Source: Bacteroidia bacterium (lineage in GTDB: Bacteria; Bacteroidota; Bacteroidia; SpSt-205). From it: a stretch of 64,000 nt of DNA. The notes below the pieces were generated by a model. It was given only the letters and a program-made list of their open reading frames with translations. It ran no database searches and was not told the origin of the DNA. Position 1 is the first letter of the stretch; every line of letters begins with the position of its first letter. Of this stretch, positions 16,398-26,290 are shown in pieces. Location: the NCBI GenBank assembly GCA_026003235.1, contig BPGW01000004.1, positions 82,665 to 146,664 of the forward strand. The letters run 5' to 3'. The position numbers and the translations under genes are program-made.

Positions 16398-19218
16398 ATG
16401 GGACTGGCGAGGTCTGTGGACCACCGTGCCTCGCCAGGAAAAGCCCTTCCTGCTGGGCCTGATAGCCGGCGTCCTCATCCTGGCAGGGTGGGTTTTGGCC
16501 GGCTGGCTGCACCGATATGACTTTTCTGACGCGCTGCTGCCTTTCACCTTCCAAGAAGAGAGTCTTGAACCCATCCAGGAGCGCACGATAAGCCACCGCA
16601 CCTACATGCTGGAATTGCCGGTGCGGTGGGCTTTTGAGGTTCGTGCGGCAGACCTCCTCCTGCCTCCCCTTTCGGGGCTCGTAGTAGCTTGGCTATGCAC
16701 CACCGTCGGCTGGGGGGCATTGCTGGCCCTCACCTTGCGCTTGCAGGGCTTTTGGCGGTATGCCGTGTACTTCCTGTGGGTGGCGTGGGTGTACCTCGGT
16801 AAAGCCGCTCAGCACTGGGCTGGCGTGGACCCTTTTTACGTGGTTTCGCTGGGCCTAAGCCTGGTCGTGCTCTTGCCTGCTTACCTCATCCAGATTCGGG
16901 TCTGGAATCTGGCCTTTTTGCCAGCTGTAGGAGCTTTGACAGCGCTGGTGGGTGGAGTACTTGGCTTGCCTGCCTTGTGGAAAGGATGGGTCGTCCTCCA
17001 CGATGCGGTGGCCTTCCCTGCGATTCTGACGTACGCTATCCTGCTGCTGACTTTTCTGCAGGCTGCGATAAGCCTTTTGGCAGGGGCTACGTACTTTTTC
17101 TCTCGCCATCGGGCGGGTGTGGGGGGCTATGGGTTTTTGGCGGCAGGGGTGGCCGGGCTGGGGGCAGCCCTTCTTTTTTTGCCTTCGGATGCGGGGTATA
17201 CCCTGGCTTGGGTCGGCACGCTCTTGGGGCTGGTCGGGGGTTTTGTGGGGCTTCAGCCCTTCTACCCCGTGTGGGCCGAGGGCTTCAAACATCCCGCAGC
17301 TTTCTTTTGGGGGTGGGCGGCCCTTTTGCTTGTGGGCCTCGGCGGCTTGGGCTACCACGCGTGGAACCACCAGGACCTTTTCCTGTATCGGGCTGCTCAA
17401 ATCAGCTGGGGCACCTTCGTAGCGGGCACCCTCGCCATGACCCTCTACCTTGGCGTGAATTTTTGGCCCCTCTGGAAGGCCCGCCAAATGACCTACTGGG
17501 AGCTGCATCGCAGCATGCGAATGCCGCTGGCGCTGGTGTATTTTCTCCAGATAGGGCTCCTGGTGCTATTGGAAGCGCGCAACGACTGGCCCAGTTCTCG
17601 CTTGCCCGCTCGTTTGCAAGCTATCCTCCAAGCTGAGGCTGCGCTCCTGGCAGGCGATTGGAGCGCTGCACAAGCCGCCTATACCGAAGCCAGCCTATAC
17701 CTCCCCTACGAAGCCAAGCTCAACTATAACCTGGGGCGCTTGGAAGCTCAGGACCCTGCCCGTGCTGAGGCCGCCGCCGAACGGTACGACCGCGCCCTGC
17801 TAGCTAAACCTTTCTTACCCGCTGCGATTCAGGCCTCCTTGACATGGATCGCCACCCAAAGGTGGGTGCGAGCCATCCAACTGCTGCAAGCCTACATCGC
17901 CCGCTTTGGAGGGCAGGCTGTGCTCTACAACCAGCTTGCGTTCGCTTTCTACAAGTACGGCCAGCTTGATTCGGCCGCCTACTATTGGAAGGCCGCTATT
18001 CGGGACGATCCCACCGAACCCACCTATTACCTACACTTGGCCCTTTTGTATGCCCGGTATGGTCGGCTCCATTGGGCTCGTACGGTAGCCCAGTCCGCGC
18101 TGGGGCTGCGCTCCACTTCTCCGGCTTTTTGGGAAAACCTGACCTACCTTCGGCTTGTCGGCGTCTTGGATAGTCTACCCCCCTTGGCGGGCCCCGCCTG
18201 GAATGCCCAATGGCTCGGCCAGGAAACCGATACGGGGGCCGTAGGACGCTTCGTGCGAAAAGTGCGCCAGAAAGCCTACGCAGAGGCCCTTCCGTTTCTG
18301 CCCTACTTTCAACAGAACGACCCTGAACTGGCCCCGCGCTTGGTTCGTTACCTCGCTGTGCACCTTCTTGAAGAAGGAATGGCCCGCCGAGCCGCTGAAC
18401 TTTTCCTGGAAGCGGGCACCCCACAAGATTCCCTGTATGCTGCCTACGCTTTAGGGGATGCGGGCTGCCTGGATGCGGCTTATAGCCTGGTCAGCCGACT
18501 CTGGGTGACTTATCCAGCGCTGGAAGAGGCCGGCCGACGAGAAGCGGCCCTCCTACTGGCGGCTTCAGGCCACCTCCAAGAAGCCCTTTTGCTGGAACCC
18601 CTCTCCGCTTGGAAGGACGCCGACTACCTGCGATTCGGTCAGTATGCCTACCTAAGGGGGGACATTCAGGTGCTGGTGGCGGTGCTACGGCCCTGGATAG
18701 AAGCCGGAGCCGCCTACGACGAACCCTATGAGTGGGTGGCTCGTCTGTTTCTACGCCAAGGCGACACCACCGGCGCCGAAGAAAACCTGGATGCAGGCCT
18801 TCAGCGGGTACCGGCGTCGGTGCGGCTTCGCACCACCCGAGGCCAGCTTGAGCTGAGACGCGGGCGCCTGGCCCAGGCACGCAAGTGGTTGGACTCTGCG
18901 TGGACCTATGTGCGCTCAGGTCAAGATTCCTTACAGGTGGAAGCGCTGGCCCTCCAAATAGATTTCACCTCCGCCCGGCTGGAAAAGGTGGTTCGGCGGT
19001 TTCCGGCTTATCTGCCGGCGCAGGTGGAATGGGCCCGCAGCCTCATCCAGCAAGGCAAAGCCGAAGAGGCTTACCGGTATCTGGGTACCCTCCTGGAGGT
19101 ACAGCCTTACGACAAGGCGCTTTGGGAAGCGTATGCGCAGGCTGCCGAAGCCCTGGGCCTGCGTGAAGAGGCTGAATTCGCTCGGAAAAAACCCGATCCA
19201 TGTCCCGCTGCCTTATAG
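16384..19218 (+). CDS. Large polytopic membrane protein (about 12 TM) with a C-terminal TPR-repeat domain; function unknown
   Basis: 944 aa. Residues about 20-400 contain about a dozen hydrophobic helices. Residues about 400-940 are Ala/Leu/Tyr-rich TPR-like repeats (..AYYWKAAIRDDPTEPTYYLHLALLYARYG..). It overlaps the upstream stop by 14 nt and the purN start by 19 nt. Confidence 0.8.
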   Translation: MRAPEWDWRGLWTTVPRQEKPFLLGLIAGVLILAGWVLAGWLHRYDFSDALLPFTFQEESLEPIQERTISHRTYMLELPVRWAFEVRAADLLLPPLSGLVVAWLCTTVGWGALLALTLRLQGFWRYAVYFLWVAWVYLGKAAQHWAGVDPFYVVSLGLSLVVLLPAYLIQIRVWNLAFLPAVGALTALVGGVLGLPALWKGWVVLHDAVAFPAILTYAILLLTFLQAAISLLAGATYFFSRHRAGVGGYGFLAAGVAGLGAALLFLPSDAGYTLAWVGTLLGLVGGFVGLQPFYPVWAEGFKHPAAFFWGWAALLLVGLGGLGYHAWNHQDLFLYRAAQISWGTFVAGTLAMTLYLGVNFWPLWKARQMTYWELHRSMRMPLALVYFLQIGLLVLLEARNDWPSSRLPARLQAILQAEAALLAGDWSAAQAAYTEASLYLPYEAKLNYNLGRLEAQDPARAEAAAERYDRALLAKPFLPAAIQASLTWIATQRWVRAIQLLQAYIARFGGQAVLYNQLAFAFYKYGQLDSAAYYWKAAIRDDPTEPTYYLHLALLYARYGRLHWARTVAQSALGLRSTSPAFWENLTYLRLVGVLDSLPPLAGPAWNAQWLGQETDTGAVGRFVRKVRQKAYAEALPFLPYFQQNDPELAPRLVRYLAVHLLEEGMARRAAELFLEAGTPQDSLYAAYALGDAGCLDAAYSLVSRLWVTYPALEEAGRREAALLLAASGHLQEALLLEPLSAWKDADYLRFGQYAYLRGDIQVLVAVLRPWIEAGAAYDEPYEWVARLFLRQGDTTGAEENLDAGLQRVPASVRLRTTRGQLELRRGRLAQARKWLDSAWTYVRSGQDSLQVEALALQIDFTSARLEKVVRRFPAYLPAQVEWARSLIQQGKAEEAYRYLGTLLEVQPYDKALWEAYAQAAEALGLREEAEFARKKPDPCPAAL

Positions 19219-19763
19219 CGTACTCAGGTCGGGGCCGCTTGGCCGCAGCCGTAGCGGCCTACCTCCAGCAAAAAGGGGTGCCTGTGGTGGGCGCCGTAGA
19301 CCGAGCTACAGCCGACCGAACCGCCTTGGAGAGCTTAGGTATACCGGTTTTTCTCCTGGAGCCTACCGCTCAAAGCTGGCAGGCCTTGTGTGCAGAGCAG
19401 CGGGTGGAGTTTATTGCGTTGGCGGGCTACCTTAGGTTGGTGCCGCCTGAGGTCGTGGCCTTGTATGAAGGCCGAATCGTGAATAGCCATCCGGCTTTGC
19501 TGCCTGCTTTTGGTGGGAAGGGCATGTATGGCCGACGGGTCCATGAAGCAGTGGTGCGTGCGGGGGCCCTGGAGAGCGGCTTCACGGTGCATGAGGTGAC
19601 CCCCGCCTACGACGAAGGCCCTATGTTGTACCAGCTTCGCTTGCCTATCTGGGGGCTCTCCGTTGACCAGGTGGAGGCTTTCGTGCAGGCTGTGGAACGC
19701 GAGCTTTATCCGGCTATTGTGTGGCGCTTGTGGGGCGAGCGCGTCGCACAAAGAGTTTCCTAA
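19200..19763 (+). CDS. purN: Phosphoribosylglycinamide formyltransferase
   Basis: 187 aa. LAGYLRLVPPEVVALYEGRIVNSHPALLPAFGGKGMYGRRVHEAV. Confidence 0.9.
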   Translation: MSRCLIAYSGRGRLAAAVAAYLQQKGVPVVGAVDRATADRTALESLGIPVFLLEPTAQSWQALCAEQRVEFIALAGYLRLVPPEVVALYEGRIVNSHPALLPAFGGKGMYGRRVHEAVVRAGALESGFTVHEVTPAYDEGPMLYQLRLPIWGLSVDQVEAFVQAVERELYPAIVWRLWGERVAQRVS

Positions 19764-20862
19764 CCCCTATGCCTGTAAGCCAGAGGCCTGGCAGGGCTAC
19801 AAGCAGCCATTGAAGGAGGGTAGCTCCCCAGGCAACAGGAGGGATACCTCGTCGAGCAGGGTGGCCACGCACAAGAGGGCTGGCGTACAGTTCCACCGCC
19901 GCCGTGAAGGCCTCTAGGCGCAAGTAGGTGTCCGAAGGCTGGGGTAGGTACGCCAGTCGATCGGTCTGGTAGGCGACTGCGCGCACCTTTCCTCCCTGAC
20001 CTATGAGCCGAAGGGAGTCTGCGGGGAAAGTGAGCTGTACAAGGAGCGTTTCGCCCGTAAAAGCTACCCGGGCCAGCTGGGGATACGCTGAAGTGATAGG
20101 CGCAGGAGTGCGGTTTTTGTAGCCTACGGTGCGGCCTGCCCGGAGCGCTTCTTGCAACGCTTCTTGGGAAGCTCCCGCAGGAAGGGCCACCTCCGTCCAT
20201 CGGCTCATGAGCTCGTGAGGGTTTGTTACATCGTGTACATTGTCATGGGCCAAGATAGGAGCATAATGGCCTGAAGAGAGAGCGCTATCCCATTCCGCTA
20301 CGGAGTCGCCATACCGGTTGAGCACTTCCACCGCATCGTAGCCTCCCAGCTGGGCTAAGTCTGAACCGCTGTAGCTGTGCAGGAAGTGAGGGTGCGCCAG
20401 CACCAGAAAGGGGGTAGTGGGACGCAGGCGCGCTAAGATGGCCTGCTTCATGCCCCGCGTCTGCGGCAGGGGAAAGTCTACCCACACCACCTCTTTCGGC
20501 CAGAAGCACAGTTGGTGCACTTTTTTCACGCTCCAGCCGTGCTCATAAAGGGGGATAGGGCTTTGGGGATTGACCTGCTGGTAGTCAGAAATACCTATCC
20601 ATGCAAAACCTAACTTCTGGTAAGCGGCCTGGATCTCAGGAGGCGATTGCCGACCTTCGGTAAGTCCCCCCCATGTGCGGCTGTGGATATGGAAGTTAGC
20701 CCGGCTCCAGCGAAGGCTTTCTCCCTCAAAGGGATTGTACCAACCCTGCCCATGGAAAGGCTTAGGAGGACTGTAATCGTAGCGAGGGGGCAGTCCATAA
20801 GCCAGAAGCAGCAGCCCCGTCAGTAAAAGGAAGCTGCCGTACAGTTTAGTCTTGGAGGGCAC
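19714..20862 (-). CDS. PHP/CehA-McbA-like metallohydrolase with an N-terminal TM anchor
   Basis: 382 aa. NFHIHSRTWGG.. and VLAHPHF.. are His-rich motifs of the PHP type. The family call is tentative. Confidence 0.5.
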   Translation of the reverse strand: MPSKTKLYGSFLLLTGLLLLAYGLPPRYDYSPPKPFHGQGWYNPFEGESLRWSRANFHIHSRTWGGLTEGRQSPPEIQAAYQKLGFAWIGISDYQQVNPQSPIPLYEHGWSVKKVHQLCFWPKEVVWVDFPLPQTRGMKQAILARLRPTTPFLVLAHPHFLHSYSGSDLAQLGGYDAVEVLNRYGDSVAEWDSALSSGHYAPILAHDNVHDVTNPHELMSRWTEVALPAGASQEALQEALRAGRTVGYKNRTPAPITSAYPQLARVAFTGETLLVQLTFPADSLRLIGQGGKVRAVAYQTDRLAYLPQPSDTYLRLEAFTAAVELYASPLVRGHPARRGIPPVAWGATLLQWLLVALPGLWLTGIGVRKLFVRRARPTSATQ

Positions 20863-22054
20863 CCAGGGCTTGGGTCAAAAGCTGGAGTCCGGCCTCAATG
20901 TCGGGTAGGGCTACCGCATAGCTGAGGCGGATGTGCCGCTCCGAACCGAAAGCGGAGCCCGAGACGACAGCTACCCCTTCTTCAAGCAGGTACTCTACCA
21001 GATCATCGGCCGAGGAGAGGACCTTACCGCGGGGGGTTTCCCGGCCTAAGAAGGCGGAAATGTCCAGAAAATAGTAAAAAGCTCCTTCGGGCAGGTAGGG
21101 TCGGGTTTGGGGGAGGTGGTTCTGCAAATAGGCGTAAATGGCATCTCGGCGAGCGCGAAAGGCCTTTATCATGGGAGCCACCAAAGCCTCTACGTCGCCC
21201 TTCAGGCCGGCCAAGGCCGCTTTTTGAGCGATAAGGTTGGCCCCTGCGGTGGTCTGGCCTTGCACTTTCGTAGCGGCCTCAGCCAGGGCTTGGGGCGCAA
21301 TCAGATACCCCAGTCGCCAGCCCGGCATCGCAAAGGCCTTGGAAAACCCATTGCATATCACCGTTCTTTCGTAGAGCGCCGGTAACTGGGCGGGGGAAAA
21401 AGCTTCTCCTTCGTACCGAATGAGTTCGTAAATCTCGTCGGAGATGACCCATACGCTGGGGTGTTTCTCCAGGACTTCGGCCAGGGCGTGGAGTTCGGTG
21501 GGGGTGTAGGCGGTGCCCGTGGGATTAGAAGGGCTGCACAAAATCAAGGCCCGCGTAGCAGGGGTAATAGCGGCTTCTAACTGGTCGGGCAAAAGCTTGT
21601 AGCCGGTTTCGGCCGTGGTGGGCAGGATCACGGGGCGCGCTTCCGCCAGCTGGATCAAGGGCAGGTAAGACACCCAATAAGGAGCCGGTACGATCACTTC
21701 CTGGCCGGGCTCCACCAGCGACAAAAGGGCGTTGAAGATGGCCTGCTTAGATCCGTTGGAGATGACCACTTGAGAAGGCCGATAAGGCAGCCCATACCGC
21801 CGATGGTAATAAGCCGCTATGGCTTCGCGCAAGGGGAGAATACCCGCAACAGGCGGATAAGGAGCGTGCCCTTCCCGGATCGCCGCAATGGCGGCTTCTT
21901 GGAGAGGCTCAGGAACAGGAAAATCCGGCTCTCCTAAGAGAAGGCTTATCACTTGCTTGCCCGCTGCGTGCAGCTCCCGAACCCGCTGAGCCATGCCCAG
22001 CGTTTGGGCCTCCGTGAGCGCAGCGATCCGCCCACTTAGGTATGCCGAGCTCAA
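20846..22054 (-). CDS. Class I/II pyridoxal-phosphate aminotransferase (aspartate aminotransferase-like)
   Basis: 402 aa. NPTGTAY.. and the PLP-lysine motif NGFSKAFAMPGWRLGY. Confidence 0.85.
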   Translation of the reverse strand: MSSAYLSGRIAALTEAQTLGMAQRVRELHAAGKQVISLLLGEPDFPVPEPLQEAAIAAIREGHAPYPPVAGILPLREAIAAYYHRRYGLPYRPSQVVISNGSKQAIFNALLSLVEPGQEVIVPAPYWVSYLPLIQLAEARPVILPTTAETGYKLLPDQLEAAITPATRALILCSPSNPTGTAYTPTELHALAEVLEKHPSVWVISDEIYELIRYEGEAFSPAQLPALYERTVICNGFSKAFAMPGWRLGYLIAPQALAEAATKVQGQTTAGANLIAQKAALAGLKGDVEALVAPMIKAFRARRDAIYAYLQNHLPQTRPYLPEGAFYYFLDISAFLGRETPRGKVLSSADDLVEYLLEEGVAVVSGSAFGSERHIRLSYAVALPDIEAGLQLLTQALGALQD

Positions 22055-22710
22055 GACAGAATCGTGATGCGGGGGAATTTGAGCGGTAAGCGACCCAGCG
22101 TAAAACGAATCGCTTCGTATGCGCTGTCCAGCACATTTTGCCCCATCAGCTCAAGAGGCACCCGCATGTACGTCTCAATGGCCTTTTCCGTGTCCTGGAA
22201 GCCCTCCGACTCGTCGTTGAGCCAGAATTGGATCAGACCCCAGTGCAGGCCCCACAACACATCCAGGTACAGCGTCTCCAGATGGCGAGACTGAATCTCC
22301 TCGGCAATCACCCCCTCTTGGATAACCTCCGCCATGTGGTTGCGAAACTTACGCTGGTAGCCCCGCAGAAGGGAAAACTGGGTGTAAGTCTCGGCAATAA
22401 AGCTGCGATCTTTCACCGCCATCTCAAAAAAGGTGAAAAGATACGCCAGAATCTTTTCCCGAGCTGAGTAAGAGGCGTAAGTTTCGGAGCCTTTGAGGGT
22501 TTGGATCACTTCATCGGCGTACTGGGTCCAGATTTTGCGGCCCACCGCATCCAGCGAAGCAAAGTGCTTGTAAAAATCCGCTTCAGAGATGTCTAAGAGC
22601 TTGCAGAAGGCGTACACGCTCATCTTGCGGATTTTCTTTTCTACGGTGAGCTGCTTGTACAGGTCTACGATGCGCGCCTCAAGGGCGGCTTCTTTTGTTT
22701 TGCTGGCCAT
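22051..22710 (-). CDS. TetR/AcrR-family transcriptional regulator
   Basis: 219 aa. N-terminal HTH-like SVYAFCKLLDISEADFYKHFASLDAV. The stop overlaps the next start (ATGA). Confidence 0.6.
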   Translation of the reverse strand: MASKTKEAALEARIVDLYKQLTVEKKIRKMSVYAFCKLLDISEADFYKHFASLDAVGRKIWTQYADEVIQTLKGSETYASYSAREKILAYLFTFFEMAVKDRSFIAETYTQFSLLRGYQRKFRNHMAEVIQEGVIAEEIQSRHLETLYLDVLWGLHWGLIQFWLNDESEGFQDTEKAIETYMRVPLELMGQNVLDSAYEAIRFTLGRLPLKFPRITILS

Positions 22711-22717
22711 ACCTGGG

Positions 22718-22725
22718 CAAAGGTA
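22718..22725 (-). promoter_or_regulatory. -7 box TACCTTTG, 7 nt upstream of the TetR-family ATG (22710)
   Basis: Exact TAnnTTTG match, embedded in TTTGCC-N4-TTTGCC. Confidence 0.5.
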
Positions 22726-22748
22726 GGCAAATCCGTGGACCCAGCCCC

Positions 22749-22756
22749 TATTTTTG
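22749..22756 (+). promoter_or_regulatory. -7 box TATTTTTG, 5 nt upstream of GTG 22762
   Basis: Exact TAnnTTTG match. It lies inside the track ORF start (22735), which argues for the GTG start. Confidence 0.5.
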
Positions 22757-22761
22757 TCAAG

Positions 22762-23646
22762 GTGAGATGTCTATGGCTGGCGGAAGCGGGTGCCACCAAA
22801 ACGCATTGGGGGTGTGCGCTGGAGGGGGAAGGGCCTTCCTTGTGGCGGTGGGTCCGACGGGCTGGCCTCAACGCCGAAGCCGAAGGATGGCCCCAAGCAG
22901 AAGAAAACCTTCGCACCACCGTCCGGTTCCTCCTTACCGAAGCGGGCTGGCCCCCTCCTACCGAGTTGTATTACTACGGTCCAGCCCTCCACCGCCCTGA
23001 AGCCCAACAGCGCATGCAACGGCTCTTAGCCGAAGTAGGGGCGCTTCCCCTTCAGCGGGTCTTCGTTTTCCACGATCTCTTGGGGGCAGCTCGGGGGGCC
23101 TACCCCGAAGGACAAGGCATCGTAGCGATCCTCGGAACGGGGTCTAATTGCGCTTTTTGGGATGGGGAAGCTATCCGCCGGCAGGCAGGGGGACACGGCT
23201 ACCTGCTGGGCGACGAAGGGAGCGGGGCCGACTTAGGGCGCCAGCTTATAAGCGCCCTCCTCCACGACGAAGTTCCCCGCGACCTTGTCCGGAGGCTGGA
23301 AGCGCAGGGGCTTTACCCTTCGCTCCATGACCTGCGAAGCGCCGTGTACAGGGCACCTCGGCCCTCGGCTTTTCTGGCGGGGTTTGTGCCGGCTCTGGCG
23401 GCCCTGGCCGACCATCCTTGGGGTCGTGCGCTGGTACGAAGCCGTTTTGAGGCGTTTATCCGGCGCACATGGGCCCGTTGGCCAGCACCCCGACCCGTAA
23501 AGTACGTAGGCGGCGTGGCCGAAGCGTTTGAGCCTTTACTTCGGGCCGTTACCGAGGAGTATGGGGGGCTCTTCCAGGGGGTAGTCCCAGGCAAGCAGCT
23601 GGCCGAAAGGCTTCTGGCCTACCACCTCAGCTCAAAGCAAAGCTAA
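22762..23646 (+). CDS. BadF/BadG/BcrA/BcrD-type ATPase (N-acetylglucosamine kinase-like)
   Basis: LWLAEAGATKTHW (phosphate-1), ILGTGSNC, and GGHGYLLGDEGSGADLG. Start placed at the in-frame GTG after the -7 box. Confidence 0.7.
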   Translation: MRCLWLAEAGATKTHWGCALEGEGPSLWRWVRRAGLNAEAEGWPQAEENLRTTVRFLLTEAGWPPPTELYYYGPALHRPEAQQRMQRLLAEVGALPLQRVFVFHDLLGAARGAYPEGQGIVAILGTGSNCAFWDGEAIRRQAGGHGYLLGDEGSGADLGRQLISALLHDEVPRDLVRRLEAQGLYPSLHDLRSAVYRAPRPSAFLAGFVPALAALADHPWGRALVRSRFEAFIRRTWARWPAPRPVKYVGGVAEAFEPLLRAVTEEYGGLFQGVVPGKQLAERLLAYHLSSKQS

Positions 23647-24338
23647 GCTTTCTGACGAAGCCCTGCGCGCAGGTTCAGCCACTCCACCCCTATAGAAAAA
23701 AACAGGGCAAAGTAAATGTACCCTCGGGGTATCTCTATGCCGGTGCCCTCGGCCACCAGGGTAAAGCCAATCAAGAGAAGGAAAGCCAGCGCCAGCATCT
23801 TCAGAGTGGGATGCATTTGAATAAAAGATTGGATAGCACGCCCCGCCACAAGCATAAGCACCAGCGACAGGGCTACGGCGGTCGCCATCACCCAAAACGC
23901 TCGGGCCAAACCCACAGCCGTGAGCACCGAATCCACGGAAAAAATCAGCTCTACCAGCGCCACTTGAGCAAGGGCACTCCAGAAGGTTCCCGCCAAGGAA
24001 GTATGCCGTTCTGGCTTTCCCTCAAGCTGCTTGTGTATTTCCATCACAGACTTGTAGAGGAGGAAGAGCCCCCCTGCTACGAGAAAGAGTTCTCGCCATC
24101 CTATGAGGTGGTCACCCACCTTGAAGAGGGGCTTGGATGCGGCCAAGAGCTGCACAAGTCCGAAAAGCAGCGTGAGACGCAGGGCAGGGGAGTAGACAAG
24201 CCAGAAGCGCCAAATTTTTCGCTGGAGGGGAGGAGGCAGTTTTTCCATGAGGATAGCCACAAACAGCACATTGTCCACGCCGAGGGCTACTTCCATCAGC
24301 ACGAGGCTGACGACGCCTATGAGGGTGTCCCACACCAT
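23643..24338 (-). CDS. TerC-family integral membrane protein
   Basis: MEVALGVDNVLFVAIL and ELIFSVDSVLTAVG are the duplicated TerC motifs. The internal ATG 24338 starts 6 nt after the upstream stop. Confidence 0.85.
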   Translation of the reverse strand: MVWDTLIGVVSLVLMEVALGVDNVLFVAILMEKLPPPLQRKIWRFWLVYSPALRLTLLFGLVQLLAASKPLFKVGDHLIGWRELFLVAGGLFLLYKSVMEIHKQLEGKPERHTSLAGTFWSALAQVALVELIFSVDSVLTAVGLARAFWVMATAVALSLVLMLVAGRAIQSFIQMHPTLKMLALAFLLLIGFTLVAEGTGIEIPRGYIYFALFFSIGVEWLNLRAGLRQKA

Positions 24339-24343
24339 GCTCT

Positions 24344-25039
24344 TCAGTGCAGTATCCAGCCTAAAGCCAGGCCCAAGTAGGGGATAGGGCGGCCTCCCGG
24401 CCGTAAGATGAAGTCCCCTACGGCCAACAGACTTCGGCTTTGAGCTGGGGGACGAAAAGGTTCCCAACTGTGCTGGCTGTATCGCACTCCGATACCTCCC
24501 CAGACATCCACCACGAGACGCGTGCCTATTTGGCTTTGGTATCCCAGTAAGAGGCCTCCTCCTAAACCCAGGATCCGCCGCTGGAAGGGAATCGGGGGTG
24601 CCGGTGTAGGGCTAAAGAGGCTGGTGTCCACCTCCCCAAAATCTTGCGTGTACCCTTGCACGCTGGCCATGAGGGCCACATAGCCGCCGGTGTGAACATG
24701 GGTGGAGGAGGAGGGAGGCTTCGTTCGGCCTAAGTACTCCCGCCATTGCACCCGTGCTTTGAAGCCGTTCTGGCGCAGGCCCTCTTCTGAAGAAAAGGGA
24801 CGCCCCCCTTCCCCTGAGTGTCCAAATACCCACCCTCCCTCTATTTGCAGGCTACTGCGAGCGAAGGGAAACTCCAGCCCCCCGTGGAGCGTGTATTGGA
24901 AGGGGTCAGCGAGAGCCAGCGGTTGAATCTTCAGCGCAGGATAAGGAGCCTCTGTCCAGAAAAGGCTGCGCTCCTCGCCGTTCTCCTGGGCCCACATCAG
25001 CAGGCCTACTATTCCGGCTAAGCGGCACAGCCCCTTCAT
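24344..25039 (-). CDS. Hypothetical secreted/outer-membrane beta-barrel-like protein
   Basis: Signal peptide [19 protein letters not shown], Gly/aromatic-rich alternating pattern, no family recognised. Confidence 0.4.
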   Translation of the reverse strand: MKGLCRLAGIVGLLMWAQENGEERSLFWTEAPYPALKIQPLALADPFQYTLHGGLEFPFARSSLQIEGGWVFGHSGEGGRPFSSEEGLRQNGFKARVQWREYLGRTKPPSSSTHVHTGGYVALMASVQGYTQDFGEVDTSLFSPTPAPPIPFQRRILGLGGGLLLGYQSQIGTRLVVDVWGGIGVRYSQHSWEPFRPPAQSRSLLAVGDFILRPGGRPIPYLGLALGWILH

Positions 25040-26241
25040 GAGACGGAGGCAGGCAGGACTTTCAGTTTTTGCCCCACGCGTTTGAAGGCTTCCACGGCTT
25101 TTTCAATGTGAGCTGGGGTATGGGCGGCGCTCAGCTGGACCCGAATGCGCGCTTGTCCTTTGGGCACCACGGGGTACGAAAAGCCGATTACATAGATGCC
25201 TTCTTCCAGCAGGAGGTCCGCAAACCGGTTAGCCAGCACGGCGTCATACAGCATAATCGGCACGATGGGGTGGTCGCCCGGTTTGAGGTCAAAGCCCGCC
25301 TCTTGCATCTGACGGCGGAAGAGACGGGTGTTTTCCTCCAGGCGGTCGCGCAGTTCGGTGGTCTCGCTCAGCCAAGAGAAGATCTCCTTAGCCGTGGCAG
25401 CTATCACAGGCGAGAGGGAATTGGAGAAGAGGTAAGGACGGGAGCGCTGGCGCAAGTATTCAATCACGGGGGCGGGCCCCGCTATATAGCCTCCCATAGC
25501 TCCGCCGAGGGCTTTGCCCAGGGTGCCTGTCAAAATGAGCCGGAGAGCCCCCAGCAGGCCAAACTTCTCGGGGGTACCCCGTCCTGTAGGCCCTACAAAC
25601 CCCGTGGCGTGCGAGTCGTCCACAACCACCCACGCATCGTACCGTTCTGCCAGGGCAAAAATCTCCGGCAAAGGCGCATAGTCCCCGTCCATAGAGAAGA
25701 CCCCATCCGTTACGATCACCCGGAAGCGAGCGTCCTGAGCTTCCTTGAGCCGGGCTTCCAGCTCGTTCATGTCGGCGTGGGCATAGACGAGCCGTCTGGC
25801 CTTGCATAAGCGAATGCCATCAATCAAGCTGGCGTGGTTGAGCGCATCTGAAATGATGGCGTCTTCTGGGCCCCAGAGGGGTTCAAAGATCCCTCCGTTG
25901 GCATCAAAGCAGGCGGCATACAGGATGGCGTCTTCGCAGTGGAGGAATTGGGCTAAGGTCGCCTCAAGCTCTTTGTGGGTGGTCTGCGTGCCGCAGATGA
26001 AGCGCACCGAAGCCAGGCCATAACCCCATCGGTCTAAGGCCCGATGAGCTGCTTCTATCACGCGGGGATGCGAAGCCAGGCCAAGGTAGTTGTTGGCGCA
26101 GAAGTTGAGTACGGTCCGACCATTGGCCAGCCGGATTTCTACCCCTTGGGGCGTGTCTATCACCCTTTCGTGTTTGTAGAGGCCGGCTTGCCGCACTTCG
26201 TCTAACTGGGCCTGGAGGTGCTCCAAGAAGCGATCCTGCAT
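25036..26241 (-). CDS. kbl: Glycine C-acetyltransferase (2-amino-3-ketobutyrate CoA ligase)
   Basis: [17 protein letters not shown], and [13 protein letters not shown].. followed by VDDSHATGF. Start at ATG 26241 (MQDRFLEHL..), 5 nt after a -7 box. Confidence 0.85.
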   Translation of the reverse strand: MQDRFLEHLQAQLDEVRQAGLYKHERVIDTPQGVEIRLANGRTVLNFCANNYLGLASHPRVIEAAHRALDRWGYGLASVRFICGTQTTHKELEATLAQFLHCEDAILYAACFDANGGIFEPLWGPEDAIISDALNHASLIDGIRLCKARRLVYAHADMNELEARLKEAQDARFRVIVTDGVFSMDGDYAPLPEIFALAERYDAWVVVDDSHATGFVGPTGRGTPEKFGLLGALRLILTGTLGKALGGAMGGYIAGPAPVIEYLRQRSRPYLFSNSLSPVIAATAKEIFSWLSETTELRDRLEENTRLFRRQMQEAGFDLKPGDHPIVPIMLYDAVLANRFADLLLEEGIYVIGFSYPVVPKGQARIRVQLSAAHTPAHIEKAVEAFKRVGQKLKVLPASVS

Positions 26242-26246
26242 ACAGG

Positions 26247-26254
26247 CAAAGGTA
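26247..26254 (-). promoter_or_regulatory. -7 box TACCTTTG, 5 nt upstream of the kbl ATG (26241)
   Basis: Exact TAnnTTTG match. It lies inside the longer track ORF (26292). Confidence 0.55.
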
Positions 26255-26279
26255 GCCAAATCCAGCCCTGTTTTTGTCG

Positions 26280-26287
26280 TACCTTCG
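26280..26287 (+). promoter_or_regulatory. Imperfect -7 box TACCTTCG, 3 nt upstream of ATG 26291
   Basis: One mismatch to the consensus. It is the same variant as at the ChaN-family gene. Confidence 0.3.
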
Positions 26288-26290
26288 GGC

